Positions 18,495 to 28,599 of a stretch of 64,000 nt of DNA are shown here, one piece after another. The position numbers and the translations under genes are program-made. A model generated the notes under the pieces. The model was not told the DNA's origin and did no database searches. It worked only from the letters and a program-made list of their open reading frames with translations. This DNA comes from Acidobacteriota bacterium (GTDB lineage Bacteria > Acidobacteriota > UBA6911 > RPQK01 > JAJDTT01): contig OZ253580.1 of assembly GCA_965263035.1 (NCBI GenBank), positions 6,112,001-6,176,000 on the forward strand, in the 5' to 3' direction. Numbering within the stretch: position 1 is the stretch's first letter; each line of letters starts with the position of its first letter.

Positions 18495-20210
18495 GTGATG
18501 CCTGGAGAAGCTGACATGTCGAGTCCGATCCGTCCGGCGGTGAGACGAATCCGGATCCTGTTTCTGGGCGGCCTGCTGATCTCGTTCGCCTATTCCATGC
18601 AACTGCGCCGCCACCGGCAGGTGGAAGTTCCGACGCCGTCGCCCCCTCCGGCGGTGGAAGTCGGAACCGACGCGGCAACCCTGAACCTGAAGCTCGTCGA
18701 GCGCGGCTCGGAAGCTCCCGTCAGCGCCACCGTGAGCGTCAACGGAGGAGCCGTCGAGGGGGAAAGGGCCTACCTGGAACACTCCCTGAGACTTTCCGCC
18801 AATCGGCACAAGGGACCGATCCGGTTCCGCCCGCTGAACTACTACTTTTTCGCCGACGGCACTCTCAGCCTGAAGGTCCCGCCCGGGCGGTGTACGGTGG
18901 AGGTCCGCAAGGGCTACGAATACATCCCCTCGCACCGCACCTTCGAGCTGGATCAGGGGCAGGTCCTGGACGCCACCGTCTCCCTCTCCCGCTGGATCGA
19001 CATGGCGGCCCTGGGCTGGTACTCGGGCGACACCCACATCCACTTCGAACGCACCGGAACCAACGACGACGACCTGCTGACTCTGACCTCGGCCCGGGAC
19101 ATCCGCTACGCTTTCAGTCTTTCCATGAACACCCGGGGCTACTCCCTGGGCAGGGCGTTCGAGTCGTGGCACCAGGCCCACGGTCTGGGCGACGGCTCCG
19201 TGCGCAACCGTGGCCCCTATTTCCTGACCTCCGGCCAGGAGTATCGAACCCGGACCCTGGGGCACGTCACCATCCTCATGGGCAGGGAATACGTCCCGGG
19301 AGCCGGTCACACTCGAAGCACCGACAGCGGGCCGTCGCTGGGAGTCATCGGCGATCAGGCCCGGAAGCTGGGGGGAGCGATCGGCCTCAATCACGGTGGC
19401 TACACGCGCCTGGAGGCGGACTCCCTGGCTCTTGCCGGCAAGATGGACTTCCTGGAGCTGCTCCAGTTCGGAGGCTATCGCGGGTTGGGTCTGGACGGAT
19501 GGTACGATTTCCTGAATCTGGGTTACCGCTGGCCCATCGTCGGCGCCTCCGACTATCCCTACACGCGCGAGTTGGGAGACTGCCTGACCTATGTGCGAGC
19601 TTCCCGTCCACCTACGCCCCGGGAATTCGTCGAGGGACTGGTCCGGGGAGAGAGCTTCGCCACCTCCGGCCCCATGCTTCGAGTGACCGTCAACGGGAAG
19701 CAGCCGGGCGAGTCGATCCTGGCCGAAGGGAAGACCGGATTGGAGCTGCAGGTGGAGATCCGAGTTTCCAGTCCCCTTTATCCGGTCCGTTACGTGGACC
19801 TGATCCGGAACGGACGCGTCGTCTCCCGGGAATTTGCAGCCGAAGGCCGAGCCTACTGGGAGCTGACCCGCCGGATCGAGGCCTCCTCCAGCGGTTGGGT
19901 GGCGGTGCGAGCTTATTCCGACGCCGGCACCGAGGCCCACTCCAATCCGGTCTACGTCTACCTGGACGGAAAACTCCCCTTCGATGACGACGCCTGCGGC
20001 CAGATTCTGGCCCGCCTGGACTCCTCCATCCGCACCATCCCCGAAGCGACCCTGGCCGAGCAGGTCCGAACCCTGCGGGACCGGCTGGCCCGTTACCGGG
20101 ATTCCGGCGATTCCCAGGGCCTGGCTCTACCCTCCGTCGCCCGGATCGCGGAGGCTGAGAGAAAACGATCCACCGCGGGTCCGGCGGCGAGAGGAGCGAC
20201 GTCGAGATGA
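18495..20210 (+). CDS. CehA/McbA-like (PHP-fold) metallohydrolase, paralogue 1
   Basis: N-terminal TM; GWYSGDTHIH, GQEYR..LGH, WYDFLNLGYR, GASD, TSGP, AHSNPVY; true start may be slightly downstream. Confidence 0.8.
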   Translation: MMPGEADMSSPIRPAVRRIRILFLGGLLISFAYSMQLRRHRQVEVPTPSPPPAVEVGTDAATLNLKLVERGSEAPVSATVSVNGGAVEGERAYLEHSLRLSANRHKGPIRFRPLNYYFFADGTLSLKVPPGRCTVEVRKGYEYIPSHRTFELDQGQVLDATVSLSRWIDMAALGWYSGDTHIHFERTGTNDDDLLTLTSARDIRYAFSLSMNTRGYSLGRAFESWHQAHGLGDGSVRNRGPYFLTSGQEYRTRTLGHVTILMGREYVPGAGHTRSTDSGPSLGVIGDQARKLGGAIGLNHGGYTRLEADSLALAGKMDFLELLQFGGYRGLGLDGWYDFLNLGYRWPIVGASDYPYTRELGDCLTYVRASRPPTPREFVEGLVRGESFATSGPMLRVTVNGKQPGESILAEGKTGLELQVEIRVSSPLYPVRYVDLIRNGRVVSREFAAEGRAYWELTRRIEASSSGWVAVRAYSDAGTEAHSNPVYVYLDGKLPFDDDACGQILARLDSSIRTIPEATLAEQVRTLRDRLARYRDSGDSQGLALPSVARIAEAERKRSTAGPAARGATSR

Positions 20211-21841
20211 GCCGGTCGGGCCGGACACGCCTGCGGCTGATTCTCCCCTTTGCCGGGTTGCTGTTTCTGACCTTCGTCCACTCCATGCAGACCCGCCGCA
20301 AGGCCCAGATCAGCGAGGATCATCCCCTTCCGCCTCCCCTGCCGGATCCCGGCCCCGACGCCGCCACGCTCCAGCTGTGGATCGTCGACGGGCGGACCGG
20401 ACGCCCGGTCAGCGGCACGGTCAGCATCAACGGAGGCACCCAGGAGCCCCAAGAGGATCCTTATCTCCCCTACTCGCTGCGCCGTACCAACGGAGAGCGG
20501 CAGGGGCCCATGCGGTTCCGGAAACTCGACGACTACTTCTTCACCGATGGCTCCGTCAGCGTCCGGGTCCCTCCCGGCCAGTGTGTGGTGGAGGCCGGCA
20601 AGGGGTACGAATACCAACGGACCCGCCGCGTCTTTCAACTGGCGAAGCAAGAGGTCCGCCAAGCCACGATTGCCGTTTCCCGCTGGATCGACATGGCGGA
20701 GCTGGGCTGGTACTCGGGCGACACCCACATCCATTTCGAGCGGGACGGAAGCAACGACGATCGGCTGCTGGTGCTCACCTCCGCCAAGGGAATCCGCTAT
20801 GCCTACAGCCTGTCCATGAACACGGGCGGGTATGCCCTGGGCCGGGAGTTCGAATCGTGGCGCCAAGCCCATGGTCTCGGACCGGCGTCCGACGTGAGGC
20901 GGGGAGATTATTTCCTGTCGTCGGGCCAGGAGTACCGCAACTCCTCCATGGGACACGTCACCATCGTTCTGGCCGATGATTACGTGCCGGCCCAGGGATG
21001 GTCCGCGAACGCCAACCTGGGACCTTCACTGGCCGTCATCGGCGATCAGGCCCGGGAACTGGGCGGCTACATGGGCCTCAATCACGGCGGGTACTACCGC
21101 CGGGAGGCCGACTATCTGGGCCTCACCGGCAAATCGGACTTCCTGGAACTGCTGCAGTTGGGCGGTTACCGCGGCCTGAGACTGGATGGCTGGTACGATT
21201 TCCTGAACCTGGGGTACCGCTGGCCCATCGTGGGCGCCTCCGACTTCCCCTACAGCCGGGAATTGGGGGACAGCCTCACCTACGTCTTCTCGGAGACGGA
21301 ACCGACGCCGCGCAGTTTCATGGAGGGCGTGGTCCAGGGACGCAGCTTCGTCACCAGCGGTCCCATGCTTCTGGTCTCGGTCAACGGGAAGGGTCCGGGA
21401 GAATCGCTTCATTTCCCGGGCGACCAGCCCGCCGGTCTGGAGTTGGAGGTCCGGGTCCGGAGCCCGCTCTATCCGGTCCGGTACCTGGAGATCGTGTGGA
21501 ACGGAAGGGTCGTCTCCCGGTATTTCGACGCGGAGGGACGAAGCGTCTGGGACCATGCCGAAAGGCTTCGGGTCACCGAGAGCGGTTGGGTGGCCGTGAG
21601 GGTCCAGGGAGATCCGGGAACCGAAGCTCACTCCAACCCGGTCTATGTCGATGTCGAAGGCCGGTTGCCCTTCGACGACGACGCCTGCGGGCAGATTCTG
21701 GCGCGCCTGGAGGGCTCCATACGCTCGGCCATGACTCCCCAGATTCGGGAGCGGTACCGGGACATCCACGCCCGTTTGAAGCGCTATCGAGAAACCCGGG
21801 ACGCCGCTGGACTGGCACTTCCCGCGAATCTCCGGCCCTGA
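20207..21841 (+). CDS. CehA/McbA-like metallohydrolase, paralogue 2
   Basis: Same motifs as upstream tandem paralogue; ATGA coupling. Confidence 0.8.
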   Translation: MSRSGRTRLRLILPFAGLLFLTFVHSMQTRRKAQISEDHPLPPPLPDPGPDAATLQLWIVDGRTGRPVSGTVSINGGTQEPQEDPYLPYSLRRTNGERQGPMRFRKLDDYFFTDGSVSVRVPPGQCVVEAGKGYEYQRTRRVFQLAKQEVRQATIAVSRWIDMAELGWYSGDTHIHFERDGSNDDRLLVLTSAKGIRYAYSLSMNTGGYALGREFESWRQAHGLGPASDVRRGDYFLSSGQEYRNSSMGHVTIVLADDYVPAQGWSANANLGPSLAVIGDQARELGGYMGLNHGGYYRREADYLGLTGKSDFLELLQLGGYRGLRLDGWYDFLNLGYRWPIVGASDFPYSRELGDSLTYVFSETEPTPRSFMEGVVQGRSFVTSGPMLLVSVNGKGPGESLHFPGDQPAGLELEVRVRSPLYPVRYLEIVWNGRVVSRYFDAEGRSVWDHAERLRVTESGWVAVRVQGDPGTEAHSNPVYVDVEGRLPFDDDACGQILARLEGSIRSAMTPQIRERYRDIHARLKRYRETRDAAGLALPANLRP

Positions 21842-22010
21842 TTAGCAGTCCGTGGTGAAAGTCCCACGCAGCACCGAGACCGGGGCTGCGCCCGCCGGAC
21901 AAGGCGCTTCGGAGGGAGCATACCGGGAGTATGTGACCGAGGAGCAACGCAGTCCGCGCACGATGCAGACCCGGTCGAATGCCGTGACGACTTTTGCCAC
22001 GGGCTGTTAG
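21842..22010 (+). mobile_element. MITE family B, copy 3
   Basis: Same TIRs and body, a few more substitutions. Confidence 0.85.
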
Positions 22011-22039
22011 GGCTCTGCAATCGACCGATCGGCCGTTTC

Positions 22040-22714
22040 ATGAAGGCGTTGCACTCCTGGGACCTCACTCCGAAGCAGGCGGTCCAACTCCAGAAGCGGC
22101 TTCGCTCTCGCATCCACACCGATCTGCCCTTGTCTGACCCGGGAAGAATCGCCGGCGTGGACGTGGGGTACAGCCGGTCCCTCGGCCTTTCCGTCGCGAC
22201 CGCGACGGTCCTTTCGTTCCCCTCCCTGGAACTTGTGGAATCGGCGGTGGCCACTACTCCCACGCCATTTCCGTACGTCCCGGGATTGCTGAGCTTTCGG
22301 GAGCTGCCCCCCATTCTGGAGGCCCTCGACCAGCTCTCGGCGCCGCCGGAGATGATCCTGGTGGACGGCCATGGACGGGCCCATCCCAGGCGATTCGGCA
22401 TCGCCTGCCACCTGGGCCTGTGGCTCCGGATTCCCACCATCGGCGTGGGCAAAACCCGCCTCTGCGGAGAGTACGAGGAGCCGGGTCTGACCAAGGGATC
22501 GGCCAGTCCCCTGCGAGACGGATCCGAAACTCTGGGTGTGGTCCTGCGCACCCGCACCCGGGTCCGGCCCGTCTTCGTTTCGGTGGGATACGGGCTGCCC
22601 CTGGAAGCCTGCGTGAATTGGACCCTGGCCGTCACTCCCCGTTACCGAATTCCCGAACCGGTCCGCCAAGCCCACAACTTGGCGGCCCGGCAGACCGGGA
22701 ACCGGCCGTGTTAG
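22040..22714 (+). CDS. nfi: Endonuclease V (deoxyinosine 3' endonuclease)
   Basis: IAGVDVGY, FPYVPGLLSFRE, VDGHGRAHPRRFGIACHLG, YRIPEPVRQAH. Confidence 0.95.
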   Translation: MKALHSWDLTPKQAVQLQKRLRSRIHTDLPLSDPGRIAGVDVGYSRSLGLSVATATVLSFPSLELVESAVATTPTPFPYVPGLLSFRELPPILEALDQLSAPPEMILVDGHGRAHPRRFGIACHLGLWLRIPTIGVGKTRLCGEYEEPGLTKGSASPLRDGSETLGVVLRTRTRVRPVFVSVGYGLPLEACVNWTLAVTPRYRIPEPVRQAHNLAARQTGNRPC

Positions 22715-22877
22715 GAGTCTGCGCGGTAGAAATGATCGTAGCGAGAAAGTGGGGAATCGAGGCCGGATTTTCTCGTTTTGGAGGTGCATAGTTGTTCTAT
22801 TCGCCGAGAAATCGGGGAAATATGGACCGATCCTACCGCTTTCGCAGTAGATCAATTTCTGCGGCGCAGGCTCCTAG
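22711..22877 (-). mobile_element. MITE family A, copy 2 (inverted)
   Basis: Reverse complement of 2623-2789; boundary TTAG includes the nfi stop codon. Confidence 0.85.
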
Positions 22878-22886
22878 GTCCGTATA

Positions 22887-24161
22887 ATGGCCCCCATGCC
22901 TGATCGAGAGGAAACCGAATCTGTACTGGCTCCCCTGGGACTCCACCGTCCTTCCGAGCTGATCTACCGAGCCTGCTACGCGCCGGTGGACTTGGCGGGT
23001 CTGCTGGAGACGGCGGAGAACCGCTCCCGGATCCGGCGCCTGTCCGTGCCCCAGCTCTATTTCGGACTCAAGGAGCTGGGCGAGCACCAGGTCCACGCGC
23101 TGCTGCCCCACATCACCGAGACGCAATGGCAGGGGGTTCTGGATCTCGATCTCTGGAATCGGGACCGGGCCAACGCGGGTAAGTTTCTCTTCTGGGCGGG
23201 GCAGATCATCCAAGCCGAGAACCCGGTGGCCGCCAAGATCGTCCGGGGCACGGACCGTCAACTTCTGGAACTCTGGTTCAAACGCCGGATCAGGATCGAG
23301 GAGATCGTCGAGGACGATCCGGGACTCGCTCCGAAAGGCGACTTTATGGAAACGCCGGACCGCTCCTTTCTGGTCCATCTGCCCAGGAACCCGGAGGAAT
23401 CCCGGCTCGCTCGCGGCCTGCTGTTGAAGCTGTACGAGTTGAGCCCGGAGGAGACCAGCCTCTGGATCCAGGAATCCCGGTACCGGACCTCCATCGAGCT
23501 GGAGGAGAGCGCCTACCAGAATCGGAAACGGCGGATCGAGGTCATGGGATTCCAGGACTACTTCGACGCCTTGGACGTGTATACCTATCTTCCTCACGGA
23601 ACGCCGCTTCCAGAGAAAATACGGGACAAATTGCGAGCCGTCGGCACCCTGCCCGCGCCAGTCGCCCGGATGAAGTCGGGTCCCCTTCTCCTGTTCCAGG
23701 CCCTGGCCGCCTTCGCCCGGCCCCACGAGTTGGAACCGCTGATGGAGGAGCTGTTCTTCGTCTGCAACAAGATCCTCTCCGCCGACCGGACGCCTCCCAA
23801 CCGAACCTCCCGGGTGAAGCGGGCCATTCGCAAGGCGCTCAGCGGCATCAACCTGGGACTGGAGATCTGGGCCGAAGGAGACCTGAACCGTGCTCGGGAC
23901 GGACTCAGGCGCCACTACCTGCAGTCCTTCTTCCATACCGGCTACAGCCGGTTGGTGGAACTGCGCGACCGGGCCCGAGAGATTCGAGCGCAGGTCCCCC
24001 TCGAACCCGGGTCACCGCTGGATGACGCCCTGGCGGAGCTGGCCCGGAATTATCCGCTTCTGCTGGTGGAGATCCGGGAAAAGAGGCGGCGGCGATTCCT
24101 CAAGAACACCGCGGACCTGGAACGCGCCAGCGGTTATCTGGCGGCGGCCCAAGAGGCGTAG
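22887..24161 (+). CDS. Conserved hypothetical protein (DUF6178-like)
   Basis: Long ORF with host-like codon usage; LDLDLW.RD, ELEESAYQ.R.RR...GF motifs. Confidence 0.7.
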   Translation: MAPMPDREETESVLAPLGLHRPSELIYRACYAPVDLAGLLETAENRSRIRRLSVPQLYFGLKELGEHQVHALLPHITETQWQGVLDLDLWNRDRANAGKFLFWAGQIIQAENPVAAKIVRGTDRQLLELWFKRRIRIEEIVEDDPGLAPKGDFMETPDRSFLVHLPRNPEESRLARGLLLKLYELSPEETSLWIQESRYRTSIELEESAYQNRKRRIEVMGFQDYFDALDVYTYLPHGTPLPEKIRDKLRAVGTLPAPVARMKSGPLLLFQALAAFARPHELEPLMEELFFVCNKILSADRTPPNRTSRVKRAIRKALSGINLGLEIWAEGDLNRARDGLRRHYLQSFFHTGYSRLVELRDRAREIRAQVPLEPGSPLDDALAELARNYPLLLVEIREKRRRRFLKNTADLERASGYLAAAQEA

Positions 24162-24169
24162 GGGCGCCC

Positions 24170-24564
24170 CTCGTGGGTACGGTGGTTCGCCGGGAGCGTT
24201 CATTTATCCAGACTTGATGATACGAGTGAGGTTTTCTCCAGAAGTTAACTTAAGATTTGTTCATCTTTTCTGTGTATCTCCGGTGGCTAGGAGCTACTTT
24301 TCGGAGAATACAACAGGGGCGCAGAAGACCATGTCTAAGATTAATCAGGCTATTCTTCGAGCCTTGCCGATTCCCCTTCCGCCCCTCTCCGAGCAACGCC
24401 GCATCGTCGCCACGGTCGATGAACTCATGGCGCTCTGCGACCGGCTGGAGACCGGTCTTGCTACCGCAGATGGCACTCGCAATCGCCTTCTCGAATCCCT
24501 TCTGCATGACGCTCTGGCATTCGCCATATACGAAGCCGCGATCGCCAGGAGGGTTGAGGCATGA
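24170..24564 (+). pseudogene. hsdS: Type I R-M specificity subunit, C-terminal fragment
   Basis: KINQAILRALPIPLPPLSEQRRIVATVDELMALCDRLE; no start, lower GC. Confidence 0.85.
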
Positions 24565-24672
24565 AGTACCTGGGCCGCGAGGGCACGAAGGGGAGACACC
24601 CCAACCAGGCGCTAGACTACTGCGGTGCGCGCTACGTCCGGTCCAGCCGGGATGGTGTCGCGAGGATAAGGG

Positions 24673-24930
24673 TATGATCCGCGTCCCAGTGCCCCCGAGA
24701 TGTTTCGCTGGGCCTGCGAACGTGCCGGCTACGACATAACGCACGTTGTGGAGCGCATGCCACAACTCCCGGCCTGGGTCCGACGCGAGAGACAGCTGAC
24801 GCTGAAGCAGCGGGAGAAGCTGGCCAAACTTACGCATACGCCGCTCGGCTACCTGTTCCTCCCCGAGCCCCCCGACGAATGCCTCCCGGTTCCTGACTAT
24901 CGCACCTCACGGATGGATCAGGTGTGGTGA
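24673..24930 (+). pseudogene. XRE-HTH/ImmA-IrrE peptidase N-terminal fragment
   Basis: RWACERAG...LTLKQ.EKLAK.THTPLGYLFLPEPP.E.LPVPDYRT; frameshifted start, peptidase domain missing. Confidence 0.75.
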
Positions 24931-24973
24931 TGAGGGGTGACACCGCGAGGAAGAGGCTCCCAAGAGAGGTTCG

Positions 24974-26164
24974 CTACTGGGCGCGACGTGGACGCCTCGC
25001 TCTAGGCCGCAGGGTTAGCACCGTTTCAATGCGCATGCGGGTATCCAGAGCGTTCATGCCCTCGCCCGGCGGCGGCAAGTAGCGCCGCCGCGCGGGTATT
25101 TCCCGGATTCGTCGGTCTTGGACTCGGAAGCCAACCCTCATGGCCAACGCCTCGATCAGCGCCGCGTTGTTGACTATCGTCCCACGAATGAACGAGTTGC
25201 CGAGAACCATAACGACGTGCCCAGTCTGTTTGACGGTTCTGTGGACCTGCTTCAGTACGGCCTCCATGTCTGCCGCGTATCGCCGAATCCATCCCAAGTG
25301 GCGGGAACCGATGGTCGAGCCCTCAGCCTTCACCAAATAGGGTGAGAGCTCCAGCGACATCGCCGACGGCGAGAGAATTCTCTCTGCCCCGACGTTCGAG
25401 GCACGCGTGTGTCTCAGCGACGCCATCACATGCCCCATCCATACCAAGGCCAATCTGTGACCCCGGATGTAGTCGATTGCGTTCAGGTAAGGTGGCGATG
25501 TCAGCACTAGGTCGAATCCTTCGTCGCTAATGCCTTCAAGCGTACGTGCGTCACCAAGGCAAATGTTCGCCTTGCCAACGATGAGATCGGGTAGTAGTCG
25601 GCGGGCGACAAGCTGAGCGGACTGTCGGAACCCAGGATACACATCGAAAGGGTTCTCCTCGGCAACCTTATGCGGCCGGCTGTGCGATGTGTCTCGTGCC
25701 AAAGATGCCATCATCTCCTTCGAAACGATGATTCTGCTCAGTGCGATCATCAAAGCTTGCTTTGTCGGTCCATCATGCCGTCCAAGAACCGTCGTAAGCC
25801 TTGCGATTTCGTCTTCCTGCTTGGCTGCGAACCAATAGAAGATGAACTTCCGGGTCTCGGCATCGGCCGGCCGCTGGACCGCGCTGGAAGAGAGCGACTC
25901 CGCTCTCTTCACGAGATCCCCAGCATCGACACGTATATCCTCTGGATCCAAACGACTGGTCCATACTTGGGACATCATCACGGCCAAAGGATCGATGTCA
26001 ATGCCGACGCACCTGAGGCCTGTTTCTACGGCCGCGCGTGGAACAGTCCCGGAACCACACATCGGATCCAGAACCTGACCGCCTGGGGGAACCATCTTGA
26101 GCGCGTCACGTGCCAATTCCGGTGCCATGCGAGCCGGAAACGGATGTATGGTAGCGAGTTCCAT
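24974..26164 (-). CDS. Amino-DNA methyltransferase (probably N4-cytosine, alpha order)
   Basis: IHPFPARM, VLDPMCGSGT, GDAR, LTSPPY. Confidence 0.9.
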   Translation of the reverse strand: MELATIHPFPARMAPELARDALKMVPPGGQVLDPMCGSGTVPRAAVETGLRCVGIDIDPLAVMMSQVWTSRLDPEDIRVDAGDLVKRAESLSSSAVQRPADAETRKFIFYWFAAKQEDEIARLTTVLGRHDGPTKQALMIALSRIIVSKEMMASLARDTSHSRPHKVAEENPFDVYPGFRQSAQLVARRLLPDLIVGKANICLGDARTLEGISDEGFDLVLTSPPYLNAIDYIRGHRLALVWMGHVMASLRHTRASNVGAERILSPSAMSLELSPYLVKAEGSTIGSRHLGWIRRYAADMEAVLKQVHRTVKQTGHVVMVLGNSFIRGTIVNNAALIEALAMRVGFRVQDRRIREIPARRRYLPPPGEGMNALDTRMRIETVLTLRPRARRPRRAQ

Positions 26165-26834
26165 TACTTAGGCTCCAGCTGACCGTGTCCATCTGGCGAA
26201 TCCATTTTCCCAATCTGTCGGTCAAGCTCCGCCAGGATCTGCTCCCCTGTCTGATACATTACAACATCATCAGAATCGTCTACCTGAAGCCATCTCTCAC
26301 CGATAATGTTCTCCACCGCCTTCAGGCGGGCGGTCAGCCGACTCGGCGAAAATTCTCGTAGGCCCGGGGTCATTACACGAGCGACTTTAACGTTCGGTAC
26401 AGCCTTTTTGTCATTCTTCAAGCGCTCAAGTGCCTCGATCAAGAAGGCGAGAGGGATTTCACTTTTCGAGAGGCTGTGTTGCTTTTCACCTATCCACTGG
26501 TCTACATGAGCGACGGTACGGCACTCTTCGAACATGTTCCAAAGGTCCGTCAGAGTCAGGCCATGGTGAAAGTGCAACCGGATCAGGCGATCCAGATGTA
26601 CAATCTTGAGCAAGGTCAGGTACCGATAGGCTTTTCGGCGCGGTTCCGGGAACATCTTTCGATTAACCTTTCCCGCCGGATCGTCTTCCGCTGCGTACTT
26701 GGCCGCGATAAAGAAGCCGTACGCTGCGCATTCCTGCGAACGAAAGTCTTCCAGGCTCGATGGATCAATTTTGTCCGCCGGCACGGATGGTTTGTCGGTG
26801 TGCTTCGCATCGTAGACTAGCTTATAGTCCCTAT

Positions 26835-28599
26835 CCTGCATTTCTCATCAGTAGAACAATAAACGGAAGTTGAACCGTCGTCTGGGTGATTCTTTATCCA
26901 TACGAGTTCAAGAGGCAGTTTTCGTGCTCGAACGTGCCGACCAACGGCCAGATGCAGCGCTTCTCCAGAGCCTTTTGACGCCCATCCTGCGCTTCTGAGC
27001 GACGACTCTCGACCCGGTGCCCACTCCGGGGCGCAGTCCATCCTGGGGACTCCCAAGTCGCCATCGTCCAAAGAGTTCTTTCCATCCGTTGCTAACAGCG
27101 AAGCGGGAGGGCTTGCACTTGCGTCAGAGCCGTCCTCAACAGCGCCGCATACGGATAGCTCTCGGAAAAGGACAACCAGACCTTGCGGCTGGTGATCCGG
27201 ACCTGTGCCCCGATCTTCAGCAATCTCACCCGCAGGGTCCAGCTCTGCGCCCGCGCCAGCTTCGTCCCCGCCAGCCCCACCCGTCGCAACGTCTCCATCA
27301 TCACGTAGGCGAATGCCGAGAAATACAACCGCAGTTGATTCCCCGCCAGCTTCCGGGTCGACGTGCGGTCCGCAAACAGACCCATCTGCTGTTCCTTTAT
27401 CCGATTCTCCATGTCTCCCCGCGCGCAGTAGACCTCCTCGTACAATCTTCGCCCATCGCATTCCTGGACCGGGACCGAAGTCACGATGAATCGCGGGTTC
27501 TTTCCCCGGGGCAGGTGCTCCACCTTCGCCACCACCCGGCGCTCGCACGACCAACTCTTGTGCGTCTGATAGCGCAGTTCCTGGAACTGCCTCACGGCCT
27601 TCCCGATCGCCCGCTGCAACTGCCGGACGGTCTCCATCCGGGTCGCGATCCTCCGCTTCAGCCGATCGTTCTGCGCCAACCCCAGGACGTAATCGATCCC
27701 TTCCTTCTCGCACCAGACCATCAACTCGTCGTTGGAGAAGGCACTGTCCCCTCGAACCGTGATCCGCACCTGGGGCCACGCTTCACGCAGCCGCCTCACG
27801 ATTGGTTCCAACTCCGCCACCACCCCGTGGGCCGCGCCTCGATCCGCCGTGCGCAGCCGCGCACGCAACAGGTGTTCCCCACAGAAGACGTACAGCGGCA
27901 GGTAGCAGTAGCGTTTGTAATAGCCGTGGAAGAACCGTCCCTCCTGCTTCCCATGCAGCGGATCGTCCGTGGCGTCTACATCCAGGATCACCTCCTCCGG
28001 GGGCTCCGGATGCGCTTCCACAAACACCTCCAGCAGCAGCTCGTCCATCCCCGCCGGGTCGGCCACGATCTTCTTGTACGCGCCCTCCGGTCCCTCCAAC
28101 GGAGTCCGCTCCAGTCGGTTCAGGGTGCTCTTGCCTGCCAGCGGCTTGCCTCGATCCGACTCCACGCGCCGGAACTCCCCCGTCAGATCATCTCGATCAC
28201 ACAACAGCGCCAAGAGCCGGTCCCGGCACAACTCGTCGTGGTCGTTGAGGTCCTCGTAGCCCAGGCACAGCCCCAGCACCCGCTGTTTGATCAACGCCTC
28301 CACCGGGTGTTCGACTCGATCCGAGTCTCGATAGTCGGTGAAGCATTCGCTCAGACGACCCAGAATCCGGGTCCGCTGCTCCACTTCGCGCAGGAGCACG
28401 CCACCGGCGTCGGAGGTGATCTCGCCGCCGTCGAACCGGCCCACGACATCCCGTCCGTCCAGGCCCTGAAATCTGAGCTTTATTCTGGTACACTCTGCGG
28501 TCATAAGGTCGCGTCCCTTCTGCTTTGTAAGTTATTGATTACACAACACTTATAGCAGAAAACGCGGCCTTTATCAATCTTTCTGATGAGATATCCGGG
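26835..28599 (-). mobile_element. IS1380-family element
   Basis: 17-bp IRs CCTGCATTTCTCATCAG / CTGATGAGATATCCGGG (14/17); CTAT target duplication at 26831 and 28600. Confidence 0.92.
27092..28504 (-). CDS. IS1380 family transposase
   Basis: FDGGEITSDAG, GYEDLND, LDVDATDDPLHG.QEG, RGDSAF, YCARGDMENRIKE. Confidence 0.95.
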   Translation of the reverse strand: MTAECTRIKLRFQGLDGRDVVGRFDGGEITSDAGGVLLREVEQRTRILGRLSECFTDYRDSDRVEHPVEALIKQRVLGLCLGYEDLNDHDELCRDRLLALLCDRDDLTGEFRRVESDRGKPLAGKSTLNRLERTPLEGPEGAYKKIVADPAGMDELLLEVFVEAHPEPPEEVILDVDATDDPLHGKQEGRFFHGYYKRYCYLPLYVFCGEHLLRARLRTADRGAAHGVVAELEPIVRRLREAWPQVRITVRGDSAFSNDELMVWCEKEGIDYVLGLAQNDRLKRRIATRMETVRQLQRAIGKAVRQFQELRYQTHKSWSCERRVVAKVEHLPRGKNPRFIVTSVPVQECDGRRLYEEVYCARGDMENRIKEQQMGLFADRTSTRKLAGNQLRLYFSAFAYVMMETLRRVGLAGTKLARAQSWTLRVRLLKIGAQVRITSRKVWLSFSESYPYAALLRTALTQVQALPLRC

